Below are positions 39,247 to 48,894 of a DNA stretch of 48,894 nucleotides, one piece after another (position 1 is the stretch's first letter; every line of letters starts with the position of its first letter). This DNA comes from Alphaproteobacteria bacterium. Its GTDB lineage: Bacteria > Pseudomonadota > Alphaproteobacteria > UBA6615. The translations under genes were made by a program, and so were the position numbers. The notes under the pieces were generated by a model, which was not told the origin of the DNA, made no database searches, and was given only the letters and a program-made list of their open reading frames with translations. The DNA lies in the NCBI GenBank assembly GCA_028822385.1, contig JAPKDV010000003.1, forward strand, positions 1 through 48,894, written 5' to 3'.

Positions 39247-41148
39247 CTAGCGTCCTGCCAAGTCGTCAAAATAGAAGGTGTCGGGTAGGTAAATCCCAAA
39301 ATGTGAGCCGGGGTCCCAGGCATAGATGGCCTCCAGCGGCACATTCTTCAGATTGTCTGACACCACGACGGGCTGGCGCGTGCAGCACACAACGCCGATC
39401 GTGTAGGTTTCTTCGGCGTTGATTTCCAGAATGCGCGTCCATATTTCTGCGCGTCTTGCGGGTTCTTCAATCGTTTGCCAGAGCTTGAATAGCTTGAAAA
39501 GCTCCTGCGCTTCGGGGATGTCGATCTGAGCTCCGGCTCTGCCGCCGGTTTCGTAATACTGTCCCCATTTCGGCCACTGGTACTGCACCTGCTGGCTCGG
39601 CACGAACTCGAAGGGGCTCATACCGGCTGTGACAATGCCGTTGTTGATACCGGACCAGACGCTCATCTGGGTCTCGCCGGAGAAAATACGGTTCCGGAAA
39701 ACCTCACGCTGGGACGGACGGGTAAAAATCTTGATGCCGATCTCGAGCCAGGTGTCGTGGATCAGTTCGAGGACATCGGTTTGCTCGGTTTCTTCACCGG
39801 CGGTTTCGACCACAATCTCCATCCGTCGACCGTCTGGCAGCAATCGGACGCCGTCGCGCTCACGTTCTGTAAGCCCCAGTCCATCTAACAGGGCATTGGC
39901 TTCGTCGAGATCCAGCCGGGCCCATTTGTTTCGGTACACATCCTTGAAGAGCGGGCTGCGATCCAGAACCGTGTTGTTCGAAGCCTTGGCTAGACCGAAA
40001 TAAATCACCTCGTTGATTTCCTCACGGTCGATCGCAAGGCTGAGGGCGTGCCGAAAATCACGTTCGCGGAACAACTCACGCCAGACCGGATCGGCCACAT
40101 GCATGTTCGGGTAAATCGCAATCCGCGCACCCTGTGCGGTTTCCCACAACCGGGTTTTGAAATCTTCTCTTGCTTCTGCCAGTTTGAGAAACGTGAAGTG
40201 GCTCATGAACAGGCTGCGGGCTTGCAAATCAATCTCTCCGGCGCTGGCTTTTGCCGGAATCAACTTCCCGTCGGAAATGTTCATCAGCACGCGGTTGATA
40301 TAAGGCAGCTGATTGCCAGAGCTATCGACCCGGTGGAAATACGGGTTGCGCACGAACACGAATTGCTGGGCCGGTGGGCGAATGGTGTTGAACCAGGGCT
40401 GCAGGGTGGGCAGCATCGGGTTGTCCATATCGTAGAGATTGTCCCGGCTGTTGTGCAGCGGGCCCCAGCCGCGCATGCGGCGTTTCTTGATGTGCGCATC
40501 CAGCTCGTCGGGGCGAGCATATTTTTTGTGGAACTCTTTAAGGTAATGCGCCGGGCGGAAAATGAAGGGTGGGCGTGGTCCGGCCATGGCCGGCAAGAAG
40601 AACGGGTTGGGCTTGGACCAGCTGAAGCGGATCGTGCGTACGTCGATAATCTCAACCTTGGCGACTTCCCCATCAACCTTCAGCAACGCCGGCGGGCCAA
40701 GCGGCGCCAGTTCGATATTGTTGGCCACATCCTCCCACCAGTAACGGAAATCTTCGGTCGTGAACGGGTGACCGTCTGACCATTTATGTCCCTTACGCAG
40801 GGTCAGCGTGAAGACCTTGTCGCTCTCACTTTCGAAGGATTCCAGGATGTCGGGGACTAGATTGTAGGAGCGGTCATAGCCGACAAGGCGGGCATATCCA
40901 TAGACCGTCATCAGGCGCGTATCGCGTGAGCGGGCCATTGCGATGCGCAGGTCGCCGCCATATGTACCGACAGCTTCAGCCCCCACAACACGGGGTGGAT
41001 TGGGCAGGCGCTGGTCGAGTGGCGGCAGTTTGCCGACGTCGACTCTGGCCTTTAGTGTGGGCGCCTGTTCGAAGGCCTGACCCGGTGTTGGTGAAGTTGC
41101 AACCAAGGCGGTTAGGCCAAGAGCTGCGATGATGATCCTAGGGTTCAT
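39247..41148 (-). CDS. ABC transporter substrate-binding protein, family 5 (OppA/DppA-like)
   Basis: Sec signal peptide from ATG 41148; G.LPP..QRLP.PP, LRKGHKWSDG.PFT..DF, RNPYF..VD..GNQLPYI, FR.ALSLAIDR.EIN. Confidence 0.93.
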   Translation of the reverse strand: MNPRIIIAALGLTALVATSPTPGQAFEQAPTLKARVDVGKLPPLDQRLPNPPRVVGAEAVGTYGGDLRIAMARSRDTRLMTVYGYARLVGYDRSYNLVPDILESFESESDKVFTLTLRKGHKWSDGHPFTTEDFRYWWEDVANNIELAPLGPPALLKVDGEVAKVEIIDVRTIRFSWSKPNPFFLPAMAGPRPPFIFRPAHYLKEFHKKYARPDELDAHIKKRRMRGWGPLHNSRDNLYDMDNPMLPTLQPWFNTIRPPAQQFVFVRNPYFHRVDSSGNQLPYINRVLMNISDGKLIPAKASAGEIDLQARSLFMSHFTFLKLAEAREDFKTRLWETAQGARIAIYPNMHVADPVWRELFRERDFRHALSLAIDREEINEVIYFGLAKASNNTVLDRSPLFKDVYRNKWARLDLDEANALLDGLGLTERERDGVRLLPDGRRMEIVVETAGEETEQTDVLELIHDTWLEIGIKIFTRPSQREVFRNRIFSGETQMSVWSGINNGIVTAGMSPFEFVPSQQVQYQWPKWGQYYETGGRAGAQIDIPEAQELFKLFKLWQTIEEPARRAEIWTRILEINAEETYTIGVVCCTRQPVVVSDNLKNVPLEAIYAWDPGSHFGIYLPDTFYFDDLAGR

Positions 41149-41149
41149 G

Positions 41150-43036
41150 TCAGGCGACCTCCGGGAGTGCGCCGCGATCAGGATCGGCACGTACAAAATG
41201 TCCATCTGCAAGCTCGACAAGCCTTGGCTGGCTCGTGCTGTCGATGGTGAAAGGGGCCGGCCAGTTGGTGGGATCAGATGCGCGATCTTCCATCAGGCCG
41301 GAAAGATCCAGCTTCTTCTCGATATTGGGCTCCGGCACAGCGGAGAGAAGCGCGCGGGTATAAGGGTGTGCCGGGTTACGGAACAACACGTCCTTGGGCG
41401 CCAACTCGACCAGCCGTCCGGCACACATCACTGCGATCCGGTCGGCGATGTAATCGACCACGGCCAGATTGTGACTGATGAACAGATAGGTCAGCCCAAG
41501 CTCGGACTGCAGGTCTTTGAGCAGGTTCAGAATTTGCGCCTGAATCGAAACGTCGAGCGCGCTGACCGGCTCATCACAAATCAGCAGATCGGGTTTTAGG
41601 GCAAGCGCCCGGGCGATCCCGATGCGCTGGCGCTGTCCGCCGGAGAAGCTGTGGGGGTAGCGGTTCAGGAAGCGCGGGTCCAGACCCACAAGCCGCATCA
41701 GCTCGCGCACGGTGTCTGCGCGGGTTTCCGTGGTGCCGATGTTGTGGATGACCAGTGGTTCGGAGATGATTGCGAACGCGGTCATGCGCGGGTTGAGGGA
41801 GCCGAAGGGGTCCTGGAACATGAACTGGACCCGGCGACGAAAATCCTTGAGTTCCCGATTTTTCAACGCCAGCACATCAACAGGCTGACCGCCCTCGAAG
41901 AAAGTGATGGCCCCACTGTCGGTGCTCAGGGCCCGCATCACCAATTTGGACGTGGTGGTCTTGCCGCAGCCGGATTCACCTACGAGACCGAGACATTCGC
42001 CGCGTGCGATCTCGAAGCTCACATCATCAACGGCAAGAACCTCGCGCGATTCCTTCGATCCGAAATAGCTGCCTTTGCGGATTGTGAAACTCTTGGAGAG
42101 ATTTTCGACCCGCAATAGAGGGCCTTCCGCGCGGTCCCGAACACGATCCTCATCGGGTTTGAGCATGTTTCCGGTTTCCGCCTTGATCTCGCGCAGCGGC
42201 ACTAGCCTTTCACCCTCCCTGAGGCCGAAACGCGGCACGGCATTCAGCAGGGCTTTGAGATAAGGGTGACTGGGATTTTTGTAGATCGCGTTGAGACTGC
42301 CGCTTTCCATTACCTTGCCGCGGAACATCACTACGACCTCCTCTGCGACATTGGCCACCACACCCAGATCGTGGGTGATCATAAGCACGGCCATGCCCAG
42401 TTCGGATTGTAGGTCCTTGATCAATTTTAGTATCTGCGCCTGAATAGTCACGTCGAGCGCGGTGGTCGGCTCATCGGCGATGAGAAGTGCGGGTCGGCAG
42501 ACAAGCGCCATGGCGATCATGGCGCGCTGGCGTAACCCACCGGATAATTCGAACGGATAGGTTTTCATCGCGCGCGCCGGACCGGGGAACCCGACCAGTC
42601 GCAGCATGTCTGTAGACAATTCCCGACCCGCTGGCTTGTCGATCTTGCGATGCAGGTGCAGCGCTTCGCTGATTTGATCGCCGATCGTGTGGAGTGGCGA
42701 AAGGGAGGTCATCGGTTCCTGGAAGATCATCGAGACCCGGCCGCCGCGGATGGCGCGGATCTGCGGTCCGTCGCGGTCGAGCTTTGCCAGATCGACGGGT
42801 GTGCCGTCACTATTCGGGTCGGTGAAAAGAATTTCACCGCCGGCAACCGATCCTATATTGGGAAGAATGCCCATGATCGCCTGACTGCAGACCGATTTAC
42901 CTGAGCCGGATTCCCCAACGAGGGCTGTCGTCCCGCCCGGACGGATGCGGAAGGAGACGCCGTCGACAGCGCGAATTTGTTCGCCGTGGACGGTAAATTC
43001 GACCTTGAGGTCGCGTACGGAAAGAAGGTCGTTCAT
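41150..43036 (-). CDS. ABC transporter ATP-binding protein with two fused NBDs (OppD-OppF type)
   Basis: GESGSGKS / LSGGLRQR / DEPTTALDV and GESGCGKT / FSGGQRQR / DEPVSALDV; ATGA overlap at 43033-43036. Confidence 0.96.
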   Translation of the reverse strand: MNDLLSVRDLKVEFTVHGEQIRAVDGVSFRIRPGGTTALVGESGSGKSVCSQAIMGILPNIGSVAGGEILFTDPNSDGTPVDLAKLDRDGPQIRAIRGGRVSMIFQEPMTSLSPLHTIGDQISEALHLHRKIDKPAGRELSTDMLRLVGFPGPARAMKTYPFELSGGLRQRAMIAMALVCRPALLIADEPTTALDVTIQAQILKLIKDLQSELGMAVLMITHDLGVVANVAEEVVVMFRGKVMESGSLNAIYKNPSHPYLKALLNAVPRFGLREGERLVPLREIKAETGNMLKPDEDRVRDRAEGPLLRVENLSKSFTIRKGSYFGSKESREVLAVDDVSFEIARGECLGLVGESGCGKTTTSKLVMRALSTDSGAITFFEGGQPVDVLALKNRELKDFRRRVQFMFQDPFGSLNPRMTAFAIISEPLVIHNIGTTETRADTVRELMRLVGLDPRFLNRYPHSFSGGQRQRIGIARALALKPDLLICDEPVSALDVSIQAQILNLLKDLQSELGLTYLFISHNLAVVDYIADRIAVMCAGRLVELAPKDVLFRNPAHPYTRALLSAVPEPNIEKKLDLSGLMEDRASDPTNWPAPFTIDSTSQPRLVELADGHFVRADPDRGALPEVA

Positions 43037-43581
43037 CGGCGCCAATCCGCTGGGTTGCCCCAGCCGCTTAATGCAGCGGGGGTTTCGTTATGCTGTATCG
43101 CATCGCCCACTCCCAGGCCGATAACGGCAAGGTTGCGTGCAGTGGCATCAGAAAGTTCGATGTCACGGGTCTGGGTCACGCGGAACGCGTGCCGGCAGAT
43201 GTCTTCAAATCCCTCGAGGGTGGAATGAAGCGCGATCTTCTGCCCGCCTGCCCGCAGGGTTAGTTGCATCCAACCCGCTTCCCGGTCGCGCCGGGTAGAG
43301 AAGTAGGACAGCTTGAGTGCATCCAGATCGTTCCAGGTGATTCGCGCCGACGTCCAGCCGGTCATCTCGATCGTGTCATCGTCGAGGGTGACTATGGTGC
43401 GTGTGTGGAGCCGGGTGCGCAGGCCAAACAAACCAAAAAAAGCCGCGGGTACGGCCAGCACATAAGTGGCCGTTGCGCCGGGCTCGATGAAGAACATCGG
43501 CGTGACGCAGGCGGCCACACCGAGGCTAGCGCGCAGCAAATCCGCGTTGAGATCGCGGCGATGATAACGATGCGTACTCAT
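43033..43581 (-). CDS. Hypothetical membrane protein (two N-terminal TM helices plus a beta-rich soluble domain)
   Basis: ATGA overlaps with both neighbours; hydrophobic pair ASLGVAACVTPMFF / YVLAVPAAFFGLFGL; LSYFSTRRDR..GWMQL segment. Confidence 0.75.
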   Translation of the reverse strand: MSTHRYHRRDLNADLLRASLGVAACVTPMFFIEPGATATYVLAVPAAFFGLFGLRTRLHTRTIVTLDDDTIEMTGWTSARITWNDLDALKLSYFSTRRDREAGWMQLTLRAGGQKIALHSTLEGFEDICRHAFRVTQTRDIELSDATARNLAVIGLGVGDAIQHNETPAALSGWGNPADWRR

Positions 43582-44387
43582 GCGGCGGGAAAGACCTTTT
43601 CGGCCGACAGCCACTGGGCGGCTGGATGATGCTTCGTGTATTCGACAAACTTGCGCACAAACTCTTTCGATTCCGTTTCCATGACCGCGTGATGGGTCAT
43701 CAAGCCGGTTGCTTCATCGGCGTCCGCTGTGCCGGTGCGCCGGGCCTCAAGATGGGCGCAGGCAGCGCCGAGAATATTGTCCTGGCCCAGAAAGCCAACG
43801 GGAGCTCCGGTTTGTTTGCCCCGCCAGTCGACGATATCGATATGCACATTGTTGGCACGCACACCCGTTATCGGTGAAAGGCGTGGGCGGGGGCCCAGCG
43901 TGCTCAGGCCGCGAAATCCGAGCTCTGGAAGAAACGGGATCAGATGGGGTGCAATGCGGTTCCATGGGGGAACCAGAACCGGGAGGAAACCGGGAAAGCT
44001 TTCGAGCGCCTGGGTCCCGGTCGCGAGATCACCGATCACATAGGCTGCGGGTCGACTGTCATCGAGTTCGATCTTGCGCGCGCCGTATTCGGCAAAATTG
44101 GTGTGCGCATAGCCGTGCTGCAGCACCGAAAAATTCTCGGCAGATAGCAAAAGGGTGCGCAATGCGGAGGTCGCGTGCGCGGGCACAACTGCAAGCGCCA
44201 GCGGCACGTCGAGCGTGTTGCGCAGGTCCAGCAGGTTTTCAAGCGCTTGCGTGTGGTCAGCCGCATCGTCATCACGCCACCAGAAAGTGGCGGTGCGCCC
44301 GTCCTCCGTCCAGAGGTCGAGCTCGCGCGTGAGGGCTTCCCAAGCCGTTGCCGGCTCGTGCGCGCCTTTGGTCATCGCCAAGGCCAT
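43578..44387 (-). CDS. Polysaccharide deacetylase family protein (CE4/NodB-like)
   Basis: WWRDDDA, PLALAVVP, QHGYAH, LVPPWNR, G.MTHH. Confidence 0.85.
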   Translation of the reverse strand: MALAMTKGAHEPATAWEALTRELDLWTEDGRTATFWWRDDDAADHTQALENLLDLRNTLDVPLALAVVPAHATSALRTLLLSAENFSVLQHGYAHTNFAEYGARKIELDDSRPAAYVIGDLATGTQALESFPGFLPVLVPPWNRIAPHLIPFLPELGFRGLSTLGPRPRLSPITGVRANNVHIDIVDWRGKQTGAPVGFLGQDNILGAACAHLEARRTGTADADEATGLMTHHAVMETESKEFVRKFVEYTKHHPAAQWLSAEKVFPAA

Positions 44388-44460
44388 GTGTCTTTACAAC
44401 TCTCCCAGCCTATTCGAGCCCCTCAACCCATATCGTCTTCTTGTATGCACAGTAGCGGGA

Positions 44461-45672
44461 TCAGGCGTCGGGGTTAACCACCATTTCGCCAGTTTCGGTC
44501 CCATTTTCGATATTTCGATGTTGATTCAGGGCTTGGCGAAGCATCGCAGCGGTGTTTTCGGCCCCGGCCATGTCTACAGGTGCTGAAATTCGGTCCGGAC
44601 GGGCCATGGCGCGCGCGATCGCCCGGGCAACATTCTCGGCCGTAACGGCTCCGGGCTCGACGATTTCAAGCGCGCCTTTCTCTGTCAGCAGACTGCAACG
44701 CAACGTCTGTTCGCTTTCGAGTCCGCCGGCATAGGGGATGCAGACGGCGCGGGTGCCCGCGGCCAGAACCTCCATCACCGTGTTGTAGCCGCCTTGCGAG
44801 ATCGACAGGGTGCAATTGGAAAGTAGCTGTCGGAAGTCGGGGCGTGACCGCTCTACGGTGACGCCATCGGGCGCGCTGTCGCGATAGGCTGCGAACTCGG
44901 CTTCGGGAAGATTGTGGCCGACCAGTACCCGCCAGGGCGTGTCGGACAAGGATGAAGCAGCGCGTGAATCAATAGCGGCCTGGAGCATGTCGTCACTAAC
45001 CGCGCCGCCGCCGGTAGAGACGATCACTTCGCCTGCTCCCGGGCCTTTCGCGTCGCGCGGCAGCGATACATCGGCGACATAGCCGGTGTAACGGGAGATG
45101 TCTGTGATCTCGGACATGCGCGGGAAGGTTTTGTCAAAAGCGATAAAGCTGCGGTCGCCGTGGATGAGTACCAGATCGAAATAGCGACGAACGCGCTCGA
45201 CCATCTCGTCGACCCGTTCAGGCTTGCCGGGCTCCACAAGAATGTCACGCACGGAAGAGACTATCAGGGGGCGCGGTGTACCGGCCGTGCGCGCGGCGTT
45301 GAGTAGGGGTTCGATCTCGAAACGCATCTGGCGGCGCCCAAAGGGAAATAGCTCAATCATAACAATGTCCGGCTGGGTCTGGGCGAAAATTCCGCACAGT
45401 TGCGCGGTGCGGGCCGCCTTCCACACATCGTCGATTTGTTGGTTGTGTTTATCAACCAGAACTTTAAAAAACTTGTCAGTCGCGCGTGTCGGGGAGAGTT
45501 GTTCGAACCGGGTGGCACCGGATACAAATCCAGGCACAGCTGTACCTCCCGAAACTAGCGTCACCTCGAACCCGTTGGCCTCGAGCGCTCGCGTAAGCGT
45601 GCCCGCACGCATCAAATGGCCGATGCCGAGCAGGTGCTGAACATAGAAGAGAATTTTGGGGCGGGTGTTCAT
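44461..45672 (-). CDS. Glycosyltransferase, GT-B fold (GT28/MurG-like C-terminal domain)
   Basis: YVQHLLGIGH..R, ELFPFGRR..RFE, SSVRDIL, VS.GGG, SISQGGYNTVME, EQ..R. Confidence 0.88.
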   Translation of the reverse strand: MNTRPKILFYVQHLLGIGHLMRAGTLTRALEANGFEVTLVSGGTAVPGFVSGATRFEQLSPTRATDKFFKVLVDKHNQQIDDVWKAARTAQLCGIFAQTQPDIVMIELFPFGRRQMRFEIEPLLNAARTAGTPRPLIVSSVRDILVEPGKPERVDEMVERVRRYFDLVLIHGDRSFIAFDKTFPRMSEITDISRYTGYVADVSLPRDAKGPGAGEVIVSTGGGAVSDDMLQAAIDSRAASSLSDTPWRVLVGHNLPEAEFAAYRDSAPDGVTVERSRPDFRQLLSNCTLSISQGGYNTVMEVLAAGTRAVCIPYAGGLESEQTLRCSLLTEKGALEIVEPGAVTAENVARAIARAMARPDRISAPVDMAGAENTAAMLRQALNQHRNIENGTETGEMVVNPDA

Positions 45673-45691
45673 TAGCTGGCTCTTGCCACCC

Positions 45692-46279
45692 TCAGCCTTT
45701 GAGAGGAAGGTTGAGTTGTTCAATGGTGGCCGAGCCGTCGGCGGTCGCCTCGAAGACTTGCCCGCGCCGTCGCGACATCTCGTCGGGGGTTTCGCCCGAG
45801 AGGTTCCAGCCGGTGGCGATCCCGTAAACCGTGCGGATCACCCCGCGATGGGTGACGACGATGCGTGGGCCATCCTGTTGTGCGGCATCAGCCAGAAATT
45901 CACCAATACGGCCCAGCATGTCCCGGCGGCTTTCACCGTTTTCCGGACGGTGAGCCGGATCATGGGCGTTGTCGCCTTCGGTGGTTTCCATCTCGTGCAG
46001 GTTGCGGCCTTCCCAGATGCCCCAGGATTTCTCCATCAGGCGCTGGTCGGTTTCGATCGCGCCGAGCTCGGGATGGCCAGATTTGAGAATCTCGGCTGTT
46101 TCCATGCTCCGGATCAGCGGGCTGGCAACAATCGGACAGTTGATGAGGTGGCTGGGCAGGCGCCATGCGGCAACCATCTCGCGCCCGTCATCGTTCAACG
46201 GGATATCCCGGCGGCCTTGAAGGCGTCGTTCGACATTCCATTGGGTCAGACCGTGGCGCAAAAATACGAGTTGGGTCAT
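45692..46279 (-). CDS. Histidine phosphatase (phosphoglycerate mutase) family protein
   Basis: LRHG.T.WN...RLQG..D.PL, SPL.R..ETA, WG.WEG, GES, VTH.GVIR. Confidence 0.92.
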   Translation of the reverse strand: MTQLVFLRHGLTQWNVERRLQGRRDIPLNDDGREMVAAWRLPSHLINCPIVASPLIRSMETAEILKSGHPELGAIETDQRLMEKSWGIWEGRNLHEMETTEGDNAHDPAHRPENGESRRDMLGRIGEFLADAAQQDGPRIVVTHRGVIRTVYGIATGWNLSGETPDEMSRRRGQVFEATADGSATIEQLNLPLKG

Positions 46280-47433
46280 GTCGATTTTACAACCATGGTG
46301 ACGGTTTTCAGGGTGGCGTCGAGCCGCTCGGCTGCGACGGGTATGTCATATTGTTCGCGCACGCGTCGGGCCGCAGCGCTGCCCATGCGGGCGCGTGTTT
46401 CCGGGTCGTCGATCAGGCCTCCGATGGCCTTCGCAAAGGCATCGATATCGTCGGGTGGCGGCAATCGCCCGGTGATGCCGGAGGCGACAATATCGGGAAC
46501 GCCCCGCTGCTTGCTTGCGATCACCGGCAATCCGGCGGCCTGGGCCTCCAGAAGGGCGATGCCGAAAGCTTCGTCTACAGCGGGCCAAATAAGCATATCG
46601 CTGGCTGCGTAGACTTTGGCAAGTTCGCTGGATTCAAGCACACCCAGCAAGGTGACGCGCCCAGGTGCGGCGGTCTCCAGCATCTGCGCGATGGTTTCTC
46701 GTCGCGGCCCGTCACCCGCAACAAGCAGATGCCAGTTGTCTCCGGGTAACTGTTTCAGGGCCTCGGCGAGCTGCGCGTAGGAGCTTTCCTTTGCGCCCGC
46801 CCGCATCATTCCCACGGCAAGCAGCAGCACGGTGTCGTTGGACCAGCCGCCATGTTTGGCGTGGGCTGCGCGCAAGCTGGCACGTCGGGACATCGCGTCG
46901 TCATAGATGGAGGCCTCGACAAAGGGCAGCAGTCGACGGTGCAGGACAGGTTCCTGCGCGACCGGTTGCAGGCAGTCCCAGTCATCACTGTTGAGGGTGA
47001 GGATGGCATCCGCCCGGGCGATGGCGGCGTTGGCGCCCCGATAGCCAATATCCCACGGTCCGCCGGCTTGCTTGGGAGCGGTCGAGGCTTCGGCGATCAG
47101 ATAGGGAATGTTGAAGGTATCTGCGATGCGCGGACCCAGCCAGTCCGGTGTCTTGTGATAGAGGTGATAGGTCATCCAGGCCATCGGTCGTTCTTCGATC
47201 GGCCGCGTGCGCAATTGCCGGATCAGGCGTTCGGCGAGCTTGTCCCCGAGTGACTTGAGCCGTGCCTGCCGCACCGGATCACCATGTCCGTCGCGGGTGA
47301 CAAAATGTGAGATCAGTTCGGGGGTATGCCCGGCGTGACGTAACGCAGCCATGAACAGGCGCGCGAGATGCCGGTCCCCTGAGGGCACCGGGTGATCGGG
47401 CGGTTTCATCGGGGCGTAGAACGCGACACGCAT
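46276..47433 (-). CDS. Glycosyltransferase family 4
   Basis: AFYAP.KPP.HP.PSGDR, TYH.YHK.PD..GP, GDGP, E-x7-E motif EAFGIALLEA, G.PV. Confidence 0.9.
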   Translation of the reverse strand: MRVAFYAPMKPPDHPVPSGDRHLARLFMAALRHAGHTPELISHFVTRDGHGDPVRQARLKSLGDKLAERLIRQLRTRPIEERPMAWMTYHLYHKTPDWLGPRIADTFNIPYLIAEASTAPKQAGGPWDIGYRGANAAIARADAILTLNSDDWDCLQPVAQEPVLHRRLLPFVEASIYDDAMSRRASLRAAHAKHGGWSNDTVLLLAVGMMRAGAKESSYAQLAEALKQLPGDNWHLLVAGDGPRRETIAQMLETAAPGRVTLLGVLESSELAKVYAASDMLIWPAVDEAFGIALLEAQAAGLPVIASKQRGVPDIVASGITGRLPPPDDIDAFAKAIGGLIDDPETRARMGSAAARRVREQYDIPVAAERLDATLKTVTMVVKST

Positions 47434-47434
47434 G

Positions 47435-48718
47435 TCAGGCCGCCGCCTGCGTCGGGTTTAGGGCGTCACTGGCCAACGCGTTCGAAATGGCGTCGATTCC
47501 GTCGCGCAGGTCGAACTCCGTTCGTACGCGTAGGCTGCCCGCCGCGGCCAGACTGCGGCGCTGACTGGGATTAGCTGCGAGTTGTGCGATGGCACCGGCA
47601 AGCGCCTCAGAATCTCCCGGGTTGACGAGAAGTCCGGTCTCGCCGTCCCTGATGAGCTCGGGAATGGCAGACACGTCTGTGGAGATACAGGCCACCCCAA
47701 CCGCCTGGGCTTCCATCAGCACGTTCGGTAGGCCATCGCGGTCGCCATCGGTCGCAATTTTGCTCGCAAGAACGAAGATATCTGAATTGGCGAGCAGCGC
47801 CTTCACGTCACGCTGCGGCTTGCGCCCATGCCAGATGATACGTTGCGACAGGCCAAGGCGCGTCGCGCGCGCAGTCATATTTTTTTCCAGATCACCACCG
47901 CCAATGTGTTCAAAGCGCCATTCGAGATCATCAGGAAGCCGGGCCAGGGCATCGAGAAGGTCGTCGTAGCCCTTTTTCTCGACCACCCGTCCGACCGAGG
48001 CGATGCGGACAGGGCCATCCAGGTTGGCGGGCACACCGTTTGTGGCATCAGCAAAACGTGCGAAATCAAGGCCGTGATAGTGGAGGCGCACCTTGGCTAC
48101 ATCCGCTCCCATAAGTTCGCGCAAGTGATCGGCACCGTAGCGGGTACAGGTGGTCAGCCATTCGGCGTCTGCAATCTTCTCCCGCTTTTCCCAGTCCGGG
48201 GTCGTCCAGATGTCCTTGGCATGGGCTGAGATTGTAAAGGGAAGCGCACGGATTTTTGCGGCGTAGCGCGCCACCGAAGCCGGGGTGTGCAGGAAATGCG
48301 CATAGATCATCCCGGTCTCGGCGTGCAGATCATGGGCGAGTACGCAGGCCTGCCCGAACCGACGGATGCGATTGGGGGTTCGGTCCCGTTGGAAGTCTTC
48401 GCGGAAGGCTCGCAGTGCTGTGTGGTAGGCTGGCAATTTGCGTACTTTCCACCAGCACCCCAGCACGCGGAATGGCGCGCGCCACAGATATTCAGGCAGG
48501 TAATTTACCGTGGCGACGATTTCATCATGGATCGGGTGGGTTTCCGGGTCATAGGGTTGCCGCAGAGACTGGATGTCCAGTGTGTGGCCCCGCTCTTCGA
48601 GCCCATACAATTCCTGCGCAATGAATGTTTCGGACAGCCGTGGGTAACCCTTGAGCACCACCGCTATGCGCGACCCTGCTCTTGCCTCACTGGCGCCGTT
48701 CTCGCGGCGTGCGTCCAC
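47435..48718 (-). CDS. Glycosyltransferase family 4
   Basis: LKGYPRLSETFIAQE, AHF.HTP, SAHAKDI, VGR.VEKKG, DRDGLPNVLMEA. Confidence 0.92.
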   Translation of the reverse strand: MDARRENGASEARAGSRIAVVLKGYPRLSETFIAQELYGLEERGHTLDIQSLRQPYDPETHPIHDEIVATVNYLPEYLWRAPFRVLGCWWKVRKLPAYHTALRAFREDFQRDRTPNRIRRFGQACVLAHDLHAETGMIYAHFLHTPASVARYAAKIRALPFTISAHAKDIWTTPDWEKREKIADAEWLTTCTRYGADHLRELMGADVAKVRLHYHGLDFARFADATNGVPANLDGPVRIASVGRVVEKKGYDDLLDALARLPDDLEWRFEHIGGGDLEKNMTARATRLGLSQRIIWHGRKPQRDVKALLANSDIFVLASKIATDGDRDGLPNVLMEAQAVGVACISTDVSAIPELIRDGETGLLVNPGDSEALAGAIAQLAANPSQRRSLAAAGSLRVRTEFDLRDGIDAISNALASDALNPTQAAA

Positions 48719-48894
48719 TCAGTATTGTCCGGCGTGCCGGCTCCCTGCCGCGCGCCCAATGACACGCATTTTTTCACGGCGGCGCCCGGCGGCCATGTCT
48801 ACAAGGCGGTTCACATTGCGTAAGCCATCCAGCAGGCCTGGGACCACGACTTCGGACGGCACGCTTTGCTGCGGCAGATGTCGCAAGGCGGTGG
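48719..48894 (-). CDS. C-terminal end of an upstream gene, probably another GT-B glycosyltransferase; runs off the window
   Basis: Not in the ORF track. An open frame reads ..TALRHLPQQSVPSEVVVPGLLDGLRNVNRLVDM..GQY*, with TGA at 48719-48721 abutting the next GTG start. The 'LDG...V' ending parallels GT28-like C-termini such as 'DMAGAENTA' in the 44461-45672 product. Confidence 0.6.
   Translation of the reverse strand, partial: TALRHLPQQSVPSEVVVPGLLDGLRNVNRLVDMAAGRRREKMRVIGRAAGSRHAGQY

Noticed and set aside
45656-46612. Long 318-aa plus-strand ORF, and similar antisense ORFs at 37949-38707, 40048-40779, 43709-44332 and 13342-13923
   Set aside because: They are shadows of well-supported minus-strand genes in GC-rich DNA and carry no motifs.
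1-48894. CRISPR arrays, tRNA/rRNA genes, integrases, transposases, prophage or known defence systems
   Set aside because: No repeat-spacer arrays, cloverleaf or rRNA-like segments, or recombinase/transposase/defence motifs were seen; every intergenic gap is under about 500 bp.

Overview
This is the chromosomal origin region of an alphaproteobacterium; gene order and protein style suggest a Rhodospirillales-like lineage (inference). Left to right, the window holds a partial lutA, then mltA and a Tim44/TimA gene, fxsA-secB, and dnaQ-coaE-aroE-maf-ppsR. The 474-bp ppsR/hemE gap is oriC, with DnaA boxes, an IHF-like site, CTA trio-like repeats and an AT-rich stretch. It is followed by hemE-hemH-hemJ-rho, a degenerate REP-like hairpin element, a ketopantoate-reductase-like gene, qor-ogt-yyaL, and DUF6489-mnmE-parS-mnmG-rsmG(parS)-parA-parB. 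Next come holA-lptE-leuS-DUF3576-porin, a NO66/MINA-like JmjC oxygenase, yggS, an L,D-transpeptidase-family gene, ribA, an orphan OmpR-type regulator, an MFS transporter and an MBL-fold hydrolase. The window ends in a tightly coupled minus-strand operon of at least 11 genes: 4 glycosyltransferases, a histidine phosphatase, a polysaccharide deacetylase, a membrane protein and an Opp/Dpp-type ABC importer. Two signals stand out. One is a sigma54 promoter with tandem NtrC-like boxes and an apparently decayed 5' stub of a PII (glnK/glnB) gene directly in front of the MBL hydrolase. The other is the uncharacterised GT/phosphatase/deacetylase/ABC operon. All calls come from reading motifs by eye; no database searches were run.
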